Below the pieces are notes generated by a model, which ran no database searches, was not told where the DNA came from, and saw only the letters and a list, made by a program, of their open reading frames with translations. The position numbers and the translations under genes are program-made. From NCBI GenBank assembly GCA_963704075.1, contig CAVPGV010000020.1, forward strand, positions 3,264-67,263: 64,000 bases of DNA, read 5' to 3'. Positions 55,707-64,000 of this stretch are shown here, piece by piece. This stretch comes from an uncultured Actinomycetota bacterium. GTDB taxonomy: Bacteria; Actinomycetota; Actinomycetes; S36-B12; UBA10799. Position 1 is the stretch's first letter. Every line of letters starts with the position of its first letter.

Positions 55707-57902
55707 GCCTTCTCCACGAACTCGGCGCCGGCGGTCTCCCAACGGTTGATCATCGCGCGCAGTTCACGGTGCCCGGCCAAGGTCGGGTCGCGGTGCAGGA
55801 GGTCCTCGGCATCCTCCCGGGCCTGCTCGATGACGTGCTCGTCGCGGATCACGCGCAATACCCGCAATCGGGTCAGGCGGCCGGATTGTGCCGTTCCGAG
55901 GACGTCGCCCTCCTTGCGCTGTTCGAGATCGATGCGCGCCAAGTCGAAGCCGTTGGTCGTCGCCGCCACCTTCTCCAGTCGTTCGACGGCGCCGGGGTTA
56001 CGGGTGCAGAGCAGGCACAGCCCGGGCAGCCGGGCCCGGCCGACCCGGCCCCGCAACTGGTGCAACTGCGATACCCCGAACGATTCCGCGTCCAGCACGA
56101 CCATGACCGTGGCGCTGGGCACGTCGACGCCGACCTCGATCACACTCGTCGCGACGAGCACGTCGACGGCATCCGACCGGTCCGAGTCTGCCGCGAACCG
56201 CGCCATCACATCTGCCTTGTCCGCGGCGGACATCCGCCCGTGCATCACGGCGATCCGCAGGCCCGCCAGCGGGCCGTCGGCCAACTCCTGTGCGGTGCGC
56301 ACGACCCCGCGGGTGTTCTCCGGGGCGGGGAAGTCGAGTTCCGCCAGACCGGCCGGCAGGTCGTCGCTGGGCTCGAACTCCGACCCCTCCCCGATCCGTG
56401 GGCAGACCACGTACACCTTGCGTCCCTGGTCGACCTCTTCGGCCACCCGCTGCCACGTGCGTTCGGCATGCCGCGGGGCACGGGTCTCGTCGACCACGAA
56501 CGTGCTGACCCCCGCGCGGCCTTGGGGCAATTCACGCAGCGTGGTCACGTCGAGGTCACCGAAGACGGTCATGGCAACTGTGCGCGGGATCGGGGTGGCG
56601 GTCATGACCAGCAGGTGAGGTTTCGTCGAGCCGGAGCCCCGCTCGAGCAGCGCCGCGCGCTGTTCCACCCCGAACCGGTGCTGCTCGTCGACGACGACCA
56701 GGCCGAGGTCGGCGAACTGGACCGCCTCGTTGAGCAGGGCATGGGTACCCACCACGATGCCCGCCTGCCCACTGGCGATCTGGTTGAGTACGTCGCGGCG
56801 GGAAGCGGTGGACGCCGAACCGGTGAGCAGCACCACCCGGGTCCCGGAGGCGTCACCGGTCAGCGTGCCGGCCGCACCCAGGTCACCGAGGATGCCGCTG
56901 ATGGACGCGTAGTGCTGGGCGGCGAGGACCTCGGTCGGGGCGAGCAGCACGGCCTGCCCCCCGCTGTCCACCACGGTCGCCATGGCCAGCAGGGCGACCA
57001 TCGTCTTGCCGGCCCCCACCTCCCCGTGCAGCAGCCGCTGCATCGGTTGGGTCCTTGCCAGATCGGCCCCGATCTCGGCCACCGCCGACGCGCTGGCCGT
57101 CGGTGAGGGTGAACGGCAACCGGTCCTCCACGGCCGCCAGCAATCCGTCGGGCTGCCCTGGCCGGGCCGTGGCGGGACTGCCGGCAACCGCCGCCCTGCG
57201 CATGGCCAGGATCATCTGCAGGACGAACGCTTCCTCGTAGCGCAAGCGGCTGCGTGCGGCGTCGACCTGTTCCAGCATCGACGGTGTGTGAATCCCTGCG
57301 AAGGCCTCGGCGTGGCCGACGAGGGCGCGGCGTTCCCGAATCGTCTCGTCGACGGGATCGTCGCGCAGGTCCACCGCCTCCAGCACGAGTTTCACCGCAC
57401 GCGCCACTCGCCATGAGGGAACGCTGGCGGTCGCCGGGTAGATCGGATTGACCTTCGCCAGGAACGCCTCGACCTCCTCGGGATCCGAGGTGTCACCGAC
57501 CGGAGCCATCACACACAGCGGATGCGCCAACTGCAGTTGCCCCTTGAAGGCGCCCACCTTGCCACTGAACAATCCGACCTGACCCACCCGCAGCCGGGCG
57601 AGGTACCCCTTGATCCCGCGGAAGAAGGCGAGGTGCAGGTCGCTGTTGCCGTCGGTCACCACGACTTTGAGCATCACGCCCTTGCGGGTCTTGGGCAGGT
57701 CGATGTGCTTGACACGGGCCAGCACGGTGGCCACGTCGCCGACCCGCAGCCCAGCGATGTCGGTGAGCCGGGACATGTCCTGATATCGCCGCGGGAGCAC
57801 CCACAGCAGGTCCTCACAGGTGGTCACCGAGTGCGATGTGCGCAGACTGGCCGCGCTCTTGCCACCGAGCACCTCCGCCAGGGATGTGGAAAGACCGGCC
57901 AC
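55703..57902 (-). pseudogene. recG: ATP-dependent DNA helicase RecG, frameshifted near 57092
   Basis: The wedge domain and LPFTLTDGQ are in ORF 56883..57989. SAVAEIGADL...PMQRLLHGEVGAGKT...VVDEQHRFG...MTATPIPRT...LHQLRGRVGR is in ORF 55703..57187. Confidence 0.9.
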
Positions 57903-57903
57903 G

Positions 57904-59498
57904 CTACTCCACGCCGACGATGACCGGCCAGAACGGCTGACCGCCGGGCACGACTTCCAGGTCCAGCAGGGCAGCCTGCAGGTGGGCACCGACCGTGTCG
58001 ACGAGATCGTCGGGCACGTCCGAGCCCGTCACCACGGTCACCAACTCCGAGGTGCTGCTGCGCATCCTGTCGATGATGCGCAGACGCCACGTCGTCGACG
58101 GCATCGCCGATCTCCACGATGTCCCCGTCGACCAGCCCCAGAACGTCGCCCACCTGGCACCGCCCGGCGGTCGTGATGGCTTCCTTGCTGGCTACGGTGA
58201 CCCCGCCGTAGCGGGTCGCACTGGATGCCCGGGCCATGGTCACCACGTCGTCGTCGAAGCCGGCGGACGCATCGTGCACAGCCACCGCGGACAGCGTCTG
58301 CACGATCGAACGGCTGGGCACGACAGCCACCCGGATGTCGTCGTCGCGCAGGAACTCGGCGGCGGCCTTGGCCACCGGCGTCGAGTCGGCGTCGGACGGC
58401 AGCAGCAACGCCTCGCGGGCGCCGCTGGCCGTGACCGCCCGTACGAAGTCGCGCGTGCTGGGCCTGCCTCGGGGCGGAGTGCGGACCGCCACGGCACCGG
58501 ATTCCTCCAGCAGTTCGGCGACTCCCGGTCCGTGTGCCACGGCGACCACCACCCGGGTGATCTCTCGCGGCTGGTGACGTTGTTGCTCGATCAGGTCGGT
58601 GACGGCGATGCGGTGCGGGCGGCCGGCATCGATCCCAGCCTCCACCGCCGCTCCGATGGAGTCGGTGTGGACGTGCACGTTCCACAGGCCCCCGCCACCC
58701 ACGACGACCAGGGAGTCCCCCAGCGCGTCGAGCGCGGCTTCGCAGAGCGGGTATCCCGACGTCCTCGGCATCCAGCAGGTACATCACCTCGTAGCGCGGA
58801 CCCGAGTACTCACCGTGCGGCATGGGTTCGTGGGCCACGATCAACTCGTCGGACACGTCATCGACGTGTGCCTCACCGGTGAGGACCTCGACCAGCCCGT
58901 CGAGCACGACCACCAGCCCCTTGCCGCCGGCATCCACCACTCCCGCGTCGGCGAGAGCGGGTAGTTGACTCGGTGTCTTGGCCAGTGCTTCTCGCGCACC
59001 CTCGGCCGCGGCCCGGACAACCTGCGCGACGCTGCTCGCCGCCGTCGCGGAGGCGCTGTCGGCCGCCGCTCGCGCCACGGTGAGAACCGTTCCCTCCACC
59101 GGCCGGCTCACCGCTGCGTACGCCAGATCGGCAGCTCGACCCAACGCCATGGCCACCGTGTCCCCGCTGGGTTCGTCTGCCTGCCGAAGGATGTCGGCCA
59201 GGCCACGCAACAACTGGCTGAGGATCACTCCCGAGTTTCCGCGGGCTCCGAGCAGGGCCCCGCGGGCGATGGCGTCGGCCATCGGACCCGGCACGTCGGC
59301 GGGGTCGGCGACCTCGCACGCCGCAACTGCGGCAGCCTCCACGGTGAGGTACATGTTGGTCCCGGTATCACCGTCGGGCACGGGGAACACGTTCAGCGCG
59401 TCGATCTCCGCACGCCGGGCGCCGAGCCGGTTCTTGCTCACCAGCATCCAGTTGCGCAGAGCAGCGGCATCGAGTGCCACATCGGACGCCTGCGTCAT
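57904..59498 (-). pseudogene. DAK2 domain-containing protein (YloV-like), frameshifted near 58755 and 58084
   Basis: NVFPVPDGDTGTNM...GARGNSGVILSQ is in ORF 58038..59498. The middle part PLCEAALDALGDSLVVVGGGGLWNVHVHT... is in ORF 57824..58771. The C-terminal RIIDRMRSSTSELVTVVTG... is in ORF 57904..58104. Confidence 0.82.
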
Positions 59499-59666
59499 GG
59501 ATGCTCCTGTTCACCTGCGGGTCTCCCAAGGGTAACGGGGGGCCGTGGGCATTTCGGGGACCATCGGCTATCCTTTTGAGAGATTGCGTGCATCGCGCGT
59601 CGCTGATTCGTGTTCGAACGGCGAGGGCGACACGCACGAGCCCAAGACCAGATCTAAGGAGTTCCC

Positions 59667-59858
59667 GTGGCTGCCACCTGCGATGTATGCGGTAAGGGTC
59701 CCGGCTTCGGCCACAACATCTCCCACTCCCACCGGCGCACCAAGCGGCGCTGGAACCCCAACATCCAGCGCGTGCGCGCCATGGTGGGCAAGTCGCCCAA
59801 GCGCCTGAACGTGTGCACCAGCTGCCTGAAGGCCGGCAAGGTCACTCGCGCCCTCTGA
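59667..59858 (+). CDS. rpmB: 50S ribosomal protein L28
   Basis: GTG start after AAGGAG, then AATCDVCGKGPGFGHNISHSHRRTKRRWNPNIQRV...CTSCLKAGKV (63 aa). Confidence 0.95.
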   Translation: MAATCDVCGKGPGFGHNISHSHRRTKRRWNPNIQRVRAMVGKSPKRLNVCTSCLKAGKVTRAL

Positions 59859-59910
59859 GGCGTCCGGGCAGACCGGTGTGTTGCGCTCAGCACGCCTCTT
59901 GTGCCCGCAG

Positions 59911-59969
59911 TAGCCCGCAAGTTGCCAGATGGCCCGTAATCTACGGGCCATTCGGCAGCTAACGGGCCA
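59911..59969. repeat. Palindromic element, copy B1 (TAGCCCGCAAGTTGCCAGAT-GGCCCGTaatctACGGGCC-ATTCGGCAGCTAACGGGCCA), followed by a second 19-nt unit GGGCCATTGCGCGACTCAC
   Basis: The central 7-bp stem is perfect and the outer arms are imperfect. It is homologous to copy B2 and to the two copies at 23.2-23.4 kb. It lies between the convergent rpmB and thiL. Confidence 0.8.
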
Positions 59970-60035
59970 TTGCGCGACTCACGTCGGATTCTGCGGCCAC
60001 CGGGCGAGCGCGAACTCGCCCCCGGGGCCCGCAAC

Positions 60036-60094
60036 TAGCCCGTTAGTTGCCAAATAGCCCGTAATCTGCAGGCCATTTGGCAACTAACGGGCCA
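60036..60094. repeat. Palindromic element, copy B2: perfect 18-bp inverted repeat GCCCGTTAGTTGCCAAAT (60038-60055) / ATTTGGCAACTAACGGGC (60075-60092) around a 19-nt centre
   Basis: I checked by hand that the arms are exact reverse complements. The centre AGCCCGTAATCTGCAGGCC matches the centre of the other copies. Confidence 0.9.
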
Positions 60095-60108
60095 TTCCGC
60101 ACGTGCTC

Positions 60109-61059
60109 CTAGTCCCGAAAGTGGTCGAATCCGGGCGAACCGATGTGCCGGTAGCCCGGAACCTCCACGCCGGATCCCTCGACCACTTCACCGATCACCG
60201 TGAAACCGGCGGGCAGCGCCGTGCCGGCCGGGAAGGTGGCTGCCAGCGCATGGTCGTCCCCACCGGAGATCACCCAGCCCAACGGGTCTGCGTTGAACGC
60301 CGAGGCGGTCTCACGGATCTGGTCGTCGATCGGCAACTGCTCGGTGTCGATGACGATGCCGACCCGGGACAACTCAGCGATGTGGCCGACGTCGGCGAGT
60401 AGACCATCGCTGACGTCGATCATCGACGTCGCACCCGCCGCCGCAGCCAATGCACCCGCCGAGTAGGGCGGTTGGGGACGGCGGTGAGCATCGACGACCG
60501 TGCGCGGCGAGCGGAATCCCCTGCCGAGTACGGCCAGCCCCGCCGCAGCCCATCCGAGCCGGCCGCACACGGCGAGCACATCTCCGGCCTGGGCACCGTC
60601 GCGGCCCACCAGCCGCGACCCGGACGGCACGCCCAGAGCCGTGATCGAGATGGTGATGGACGGCGCTCGTGTCACGTCGCCACCCACGACCGCTGCCCCC
60701 AGCTCAGACGCCTCCGCCACCAAGCCGTCGACGACTCCCAGGACCCATTCGACCGGCGTCTCCGGCGGCATGGCGATCGCCGCTGTGAGGGCGATCGGGC
60801 GAGCGCCCATGGCGGCGAGGTCGGCACAATTCTGGGCCGCGGCCTTGTGACCCACGTCCTCCGGGGAGGACCAGTCGAGCCGGAAGTGCCGGTCCTGCAC
60901 CAGCATGTCGGTGGTCACCACGAGCCGCTCCGAGCCCAACCGCAGGACCGCGGCATCATCACCGGCGGGCACCTCCACGGCGGCCGTGGCCTTCAGTCGG
61001 GGCTGCAAAGCAGCGATCAGCCCGAATTCCCCGATTTCCGCCACCGTCTGCCCACTCAT
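60109..61059 (-). CDS. thiL: Thiamine-monophosphate kinase
   Basis: VAEIGEFGLIAAL...GDDAAVL...TTDMLVQDRHF...GHKAAAQNCADLAAMGA...VGGD...DVSDGL. Alternative upstream starts extend to 61110. Confidence 0.9.
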   Translation of the reverse strand: MSGQTVAEIGEFGLIAALQPRLKATAAVEVPAGDDAAVLRLGSERLVVTTDMLVQDRHFRLDWSSPEDVGHKAAAQNCADLAAMGARPIALTAAIAMPPETPVEWVLGVVDGLVAEASELGAAVVGGDVTRAPSITISITALGVPSGSRLVGRDGAQAGDVLAVCGRLGWAAAGLAVLGRGFRSPRTVVDAHRRPQPPYSAGALAAAAGATSMIDVSDGLLADVGHIAELSRVGIVIDTEQLPIDDQIRETASAFNADPLGWVISGGDDHALAATFPAGTALPAGFTVIGEVVEGSGVEVPGYRHIGSPGFDHFRD

Positions 61060-61133
61060 CGCGCCTCCACCCTGTCGTCCGGTCATGTCCTCGGCCAAGA
61101 TAGTCTCCAACCATCAATCGCGTAGGAGGAACC

Positions 61134-61370
61134 GTGGTCCAGGCCTACATCCTGATCCAGACCGAGGTCGGCTCGGCATCCAGGGTCGCCGAGGAGATCC
61201 GCGACATCGCCGGGGTGACACAGGCCGACGACGTGACCGGCCCCTACGACGTCATCGTCCGCGGTGAGGCACAGACCGTGGACCAACTGGGTCAACTGGT
61301 GGTCGCCAGGATCCAGAGCATCTCCGGCATCACACGCACCCTGACGTGCCCCGTCGTGCACTTGTCCTGA
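61134..61370 (+). CDS. Lrp/AsnC ligand-binding domain-containing small protein
   Basis: 78-aa ORF: MVQAYILIQTEVGSASRVAEEIRDIAGVTQADDVTGPYDVIVRGEA. Confidence 0.8.
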   Translation: MVQAYILIQTEVGSASRVAEEIRDIAGVTQADDVTGPYDVIVRGEAQTVDQLGQLVVARIQSISGITRTLTCPVVHLS

Positions 61371-61789
61371 CGGCCCTGCTTCTCGCGGGCTGCTCGTCAG
61401 CGGCGATTCCCACATCCGACCCTCCGGCGGATCAGATTTCGGCGTGCAGGGAACTCATCGAGTCTCTGCCCGAGGGCGTCGACGGCGACGTCAGCGCCGG
61501 TCGTTCGGAGTTCGCCGCAGCCTGGGGTGACCCACCGATCGTCCTCAAGTGCGGCGTGGCGGTACCCGGTGCCTACGAGAAGACTTCCGAGATGGTGGTG
61601 ATCAACGACGTGGCCTGGTTCGGGGAGGAACAGCCCGACGGCTACATCTTCACGGCAGTGGGCCGCAGCCCCCTGGTGGAGGTGACTGTGCCGGATACGC
61701 ACGCCCCGGAGGTCAATCCCCTCGTGGATCTGGCCGATGTGATGAAGCAGCAGACCGAAATCACCGGCCCCGCAGGGGTGGCTCCCTGA
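61346..61789 (+). CDS. DUF3515 family lipoprotein
   Basis: GTG start, then VPRRALVLTALLLAGC (lipobox), then ...CRELIESLP...PPIVLKCGV. Its position next to ddl is conserved in actinobacteria. Confidence 0.78.
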   Translation: MPRRALVLTALLLAGCSSAAIPTSDPPADQISACRELIESLPEGVDGDVSAGRSEFAAAWGDPPIVLKCGVAVPGAYEKTSEMVVINDVAWFGEEQPDGYIFTAVGRSPLVEVTVPDTHAPEVNPLVDLADVMKQQTEITGPAGVAP

Positions 61790-61801
61790 CGTCGGCTGGA
61801 A

Positions 61802-62410
61802 CTAGAGGAACTTCCGGAACGTCCGGACCTGACCACGGCTCCAGTCGGTGTGGTCGTTGCGCCAGCCCCGCACCCGCTCCTGGAAGAAGGGGGACGCATT
61901 CACCATCCGGTGCCCGATGACGTTCTTGTTGGTGATGCTGAATTCCGACTGCAACCAGCGCACGAGTCGCACGCCGGCCCTGCGTTGTTTGCCGCGGGCC
62001 AGGATGTTGCTGGCCGAGCGCATCTCGACGAACTCGATCCCGATGGAGCGGTGGTTGATCCCGATCGCGTGGCGGCACATGGTGGTCAGCGGCGCCAGTT
62101 GGATGATCTTGCCGCGCTTGCCGACGAGGAAGTGCGTGCAACCGCCCGGCGACTCGGCCCGTGATCCGGAGGGGCCGCCTGCCGGAGTGTTGCTGGCGAA
62201 CAGGTTCCACGGTGACTGCCAGGTGTTGCTCACCGTGTAGTGCAGCACGATGACTTTGGGGTCGGTCAAACGCCAGGTCTTCACCCCGTAGTGGCGTTTG
62301 GCATAGCGCGCCATCTGCTGCTTGCGCTTCGGACCGTACGGGATCGGTTTCGACACGATCGCCGGCGGGCGTTCCACGACGGCCGGGTCCACCGGCAGCA
62401 GGAAGATCAT
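61802..62410 (-). CDS. N-acetylmuramoyl-L-alanine amidase (Amidase_2/PGRP fold), no obvious signal peptide
   Basis: KPIPYGPKRKQQMARYAKRHYG...IVLHYTV...CTHFLVGKRGKIIQL...HAIGINHRSIGIEFV. The ATG overlaps the ddl stop (ATGA). Confidence 0.75.
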   Translation of the reverse strand: MIFLLPVDPAVVERPPAIVSKPIPYGPKRKQQMARYAKRHYGVKTWRLTDPKVIVLHYTVSNTWQSPWNLFASNTPAGGPSGSRAESPGGCTHFLVGKRGKIIQLAPLTTMCRHAIGINHRSIGIEFVEMRSASNILARGKQRRAGVRLVRWLQSEFSITNKNVIGHRMVNASPFFQERVRGWRNDHTDWSRGQVRTFRKFL

Positions 62411-63495
62411 CGCAGCCCTATCCCTCGGTGCAAGGCGTCATCGATGAGGCTGCTCACGACTTCACTGTACGGGCGACCACTGGCCTGCCAAACCAGAGGG
62501 AACATCGACGCGGACGTGAAACCGGGCATGGTGTTGATCTCGTTGAGGATGACCCGATCCCCGCTGACGAAGAAGTCGACCCGGGCCAGCCCCTCGCACA
62601 TCGCGATCCGGAAGGCTCTTCGAGCGACCGCAGTGATCTGCTCACCGACGGATACGGGGAGATCCGGGTCGATCACCAGCTCCACACTGTCGTCGAGGTA
62701 CTTCGCCTCGAAGTCGTAGAACTCGTGACCCGAGCGGACCACGATCTCGCCCGGCACACTGACCTGGATGTCGGGCACGGCCATCACGCCGACCTCGATC
62801 TCGCGGGCATCATGCACGCCCGCCTCGACGATCACCCGCGGATCATGCCGGAGAGCCTCGTCGACCGCCCCCGGAAGGTCCTCGGGACCGTGAATCTTGC
62901 TGATGCCCTGCGAAGAACCCGCCCGGCTCGGCTTGACGAACACGGGCCATCCGAGGCCGCCGACGTGACCGACGATCTCCGCGTGCCGGGTACCCCAATC
63001 GGCGGCCGTGAACCCGACGAAGTCCCCGACGTCGATCCCCGCGGCCCGCAGGTGCTGCTTGAAGCAGATCTTGTCCATGGCCAGCGCCGAGCCCAGGACT
63101 CCGGAGCCGACGTACGGGATTCCTGCCACCTCCAGCAGCCCTTGGATCGTGCCGTCCTCGCCGAACGGCCCGTGCAGGATGGGGAAGGCCACGTCGATGG
63201 GCACCAGACGATCGCCGACGAGGAAGCCTTTGCGCGCGCGGTCGAGCATCAAAGCGACTTCGGGTCCACCGAGCACCTCTGGCAGTTCGGCTCCGAGTGT
63301 CAGCCCGGCCACGTCCTGGCCGTCGAGGCGCCACGTGCCCTGCCGGTCGATACCGACCCTGGTCACCTCGTAGCGATCCGGATCCAACGCTCGCAGTACG
63401 CTTCCGGCAGACACGCACGAGATGCTGTGCTCCGAACTCGTACCTCCGTAGATGACCCCCACCCGGATCCGCGATTCAGACACGGTCCTGACCAT
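62407..63495 (-). CDS. ddl: D-alanine--D-alanine ligase
   Basis: MVRTVSESRIRVGVIYGGTSSEHSISCVSA...FPILHGPFGEDGTIQGLLE...VFVKPSRAGSSQGI...EINTMPGFT. The ORF is open to 63558. Confidence 0.93.
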   Translation of the reverse strand: MVRTVSESRIRVGVIYGGTSSEHSISCVSAGSVLRALDPDRYEVTRVGIDRQGTWRLDGQDVAGLTLGAELPEVLGGPEVALMLDRARKGFLVGDRLVPIDVAFPILHGPFGEDGTIQGLLEVAGIPYVGSGVLGSALAMDKICFKQHLRAAGIDVGDFVGFTAADWGTRHAEIVGHVGGLGWPVFVKPSRAGSSQGISKIHGPEDLPGAVDEALRHDPRVIVEAGVHDAREIEVGVMAVPDIQVSVPGEIVVRSGHEFYDFEAKYLDDSVELVIDPDLPVSVGEQITAVARRAFRIAMCEGLARVDFFVSGDRVILNEINTMPGFTSASMFPLVWQASGRPYSEVVSSLIDDALHRGIGLR

Positions 63496-63526
63496 AGTCG
63501 AGGAGTCTTGATGCAACCGCGCAACG

Positions 63527-64000
63527 ATGGCCGTGGCGGCCGGCCGGCCCGAGCCCACGCCTGACGCGCCACTGAACGTGCCGGTGGAATTCGCCTCCGC
63601 GTTGGTGGCGGGCGGGGAGATCGGCTACACCCGGCACGACGCCCGCAACGCTCGCGCGTTCGAGCAGGTACTCGGGGCCCTGGAAGGCGGTCATGCGGTG
63701 CTGTTCGCGTCCGGGATGGCCGCGGTCACGGCGGTACTCGACGTTCTGGCACCCGACCTCGGTGGCGCGGCCGCCCGTTTTCTACTCCGGAACCCGAGCC
63801 GTCCTCGACGCCCGGTCGCAAATCCGGCAGGTGGTGTGCGAACCGCACACCTGGACCGCCGCGGACGCCGATCTGCGATGGATCGAGACCCCGACGAATC
63901 CGGATCTTCGCGTCATCGACATCGCGGCTGCGAGCATAGGTGACGCCCCGACCGTCGTGGACAGCACCTTCGCGACCCCCATCGGACAGCGACCCCTGGC
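63527..64000 (+). pseudogene. Cys/Met-metabolism PLP-dependent enzyme (cystathionine gamma-synthase/lyase family), frameshifted near 63782; 3-prime partial at the window edge
   Basis: YTRHDARNARAFEQVLGALEGGHAVLFASGMAAVTAVL is in ORF 63527..63943. After about 63780 the family sequence continues in the next frame (YSGTRAVLD...LRWIETPTNPDLRVIDI...VVDSTFATPIGQRPL) to the end of the window. Confidence 0.75.

Overview
High-GC (roughly 70%) Actinomycetota core-chromosome segment, almost entirely housekeeping genes, mostly on the minus strand. The gene order is the conserved actinobacterial one. From high to low coordinates within each block: rimP-nusA-ylxR-infB-DUF503-rbfA-nrnA-truB-ribF; proS; dxr-rseP-ispG-GNAT; rpsB-tsf-pyrH ... 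frr-cdsA-rlmN; whiG-xerC-dprA; rpsP-KH-rimM-trmD-rplS-lepB-rnhB-DUF2469; ffh; amtB-glnB-glnD; ftsY; smc; DUF177-rpmF-rnc-mutM; recG-rsmD-coaD; rpmB; thiL; ddl. I found no tRNA or rRNA genes, CRISPR array, transposase, prophage, or recognisable defence or secondary-metabolite system, and I cannot point to a convincing novel multi-gene system here. Six things deserve a second look. (1) About 28 single-base frameshifts hit 20 otherwise well-conserved genes, many of them essential, and they are clustered; sequence error is the likeliest cause but this needs checking. (2) A 6.1-kb metal-homeostasis block (CDF exporter, tesB, DUF2804, feoABC) splits the normally adjacent pyrH and frr. (3) A structured palindromic / 19-nt iteron-like repeat family has copies at 23.2-23.6 kb and 59.9-60.1 kb. 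(4) A perfect 21-bp tandem repeat lies upstream of amtB, and a GlnR-box-like site lies closer to its start. (5) A motif array with 19-nt periodicity lies upstream of ispG. (6) Two related hairpins lie in the 550-bp gap downstream of proS. Many long ORFs in the six-frame track are antisense or out-of-frame shadows typical of high-GC DNA and were rejected.
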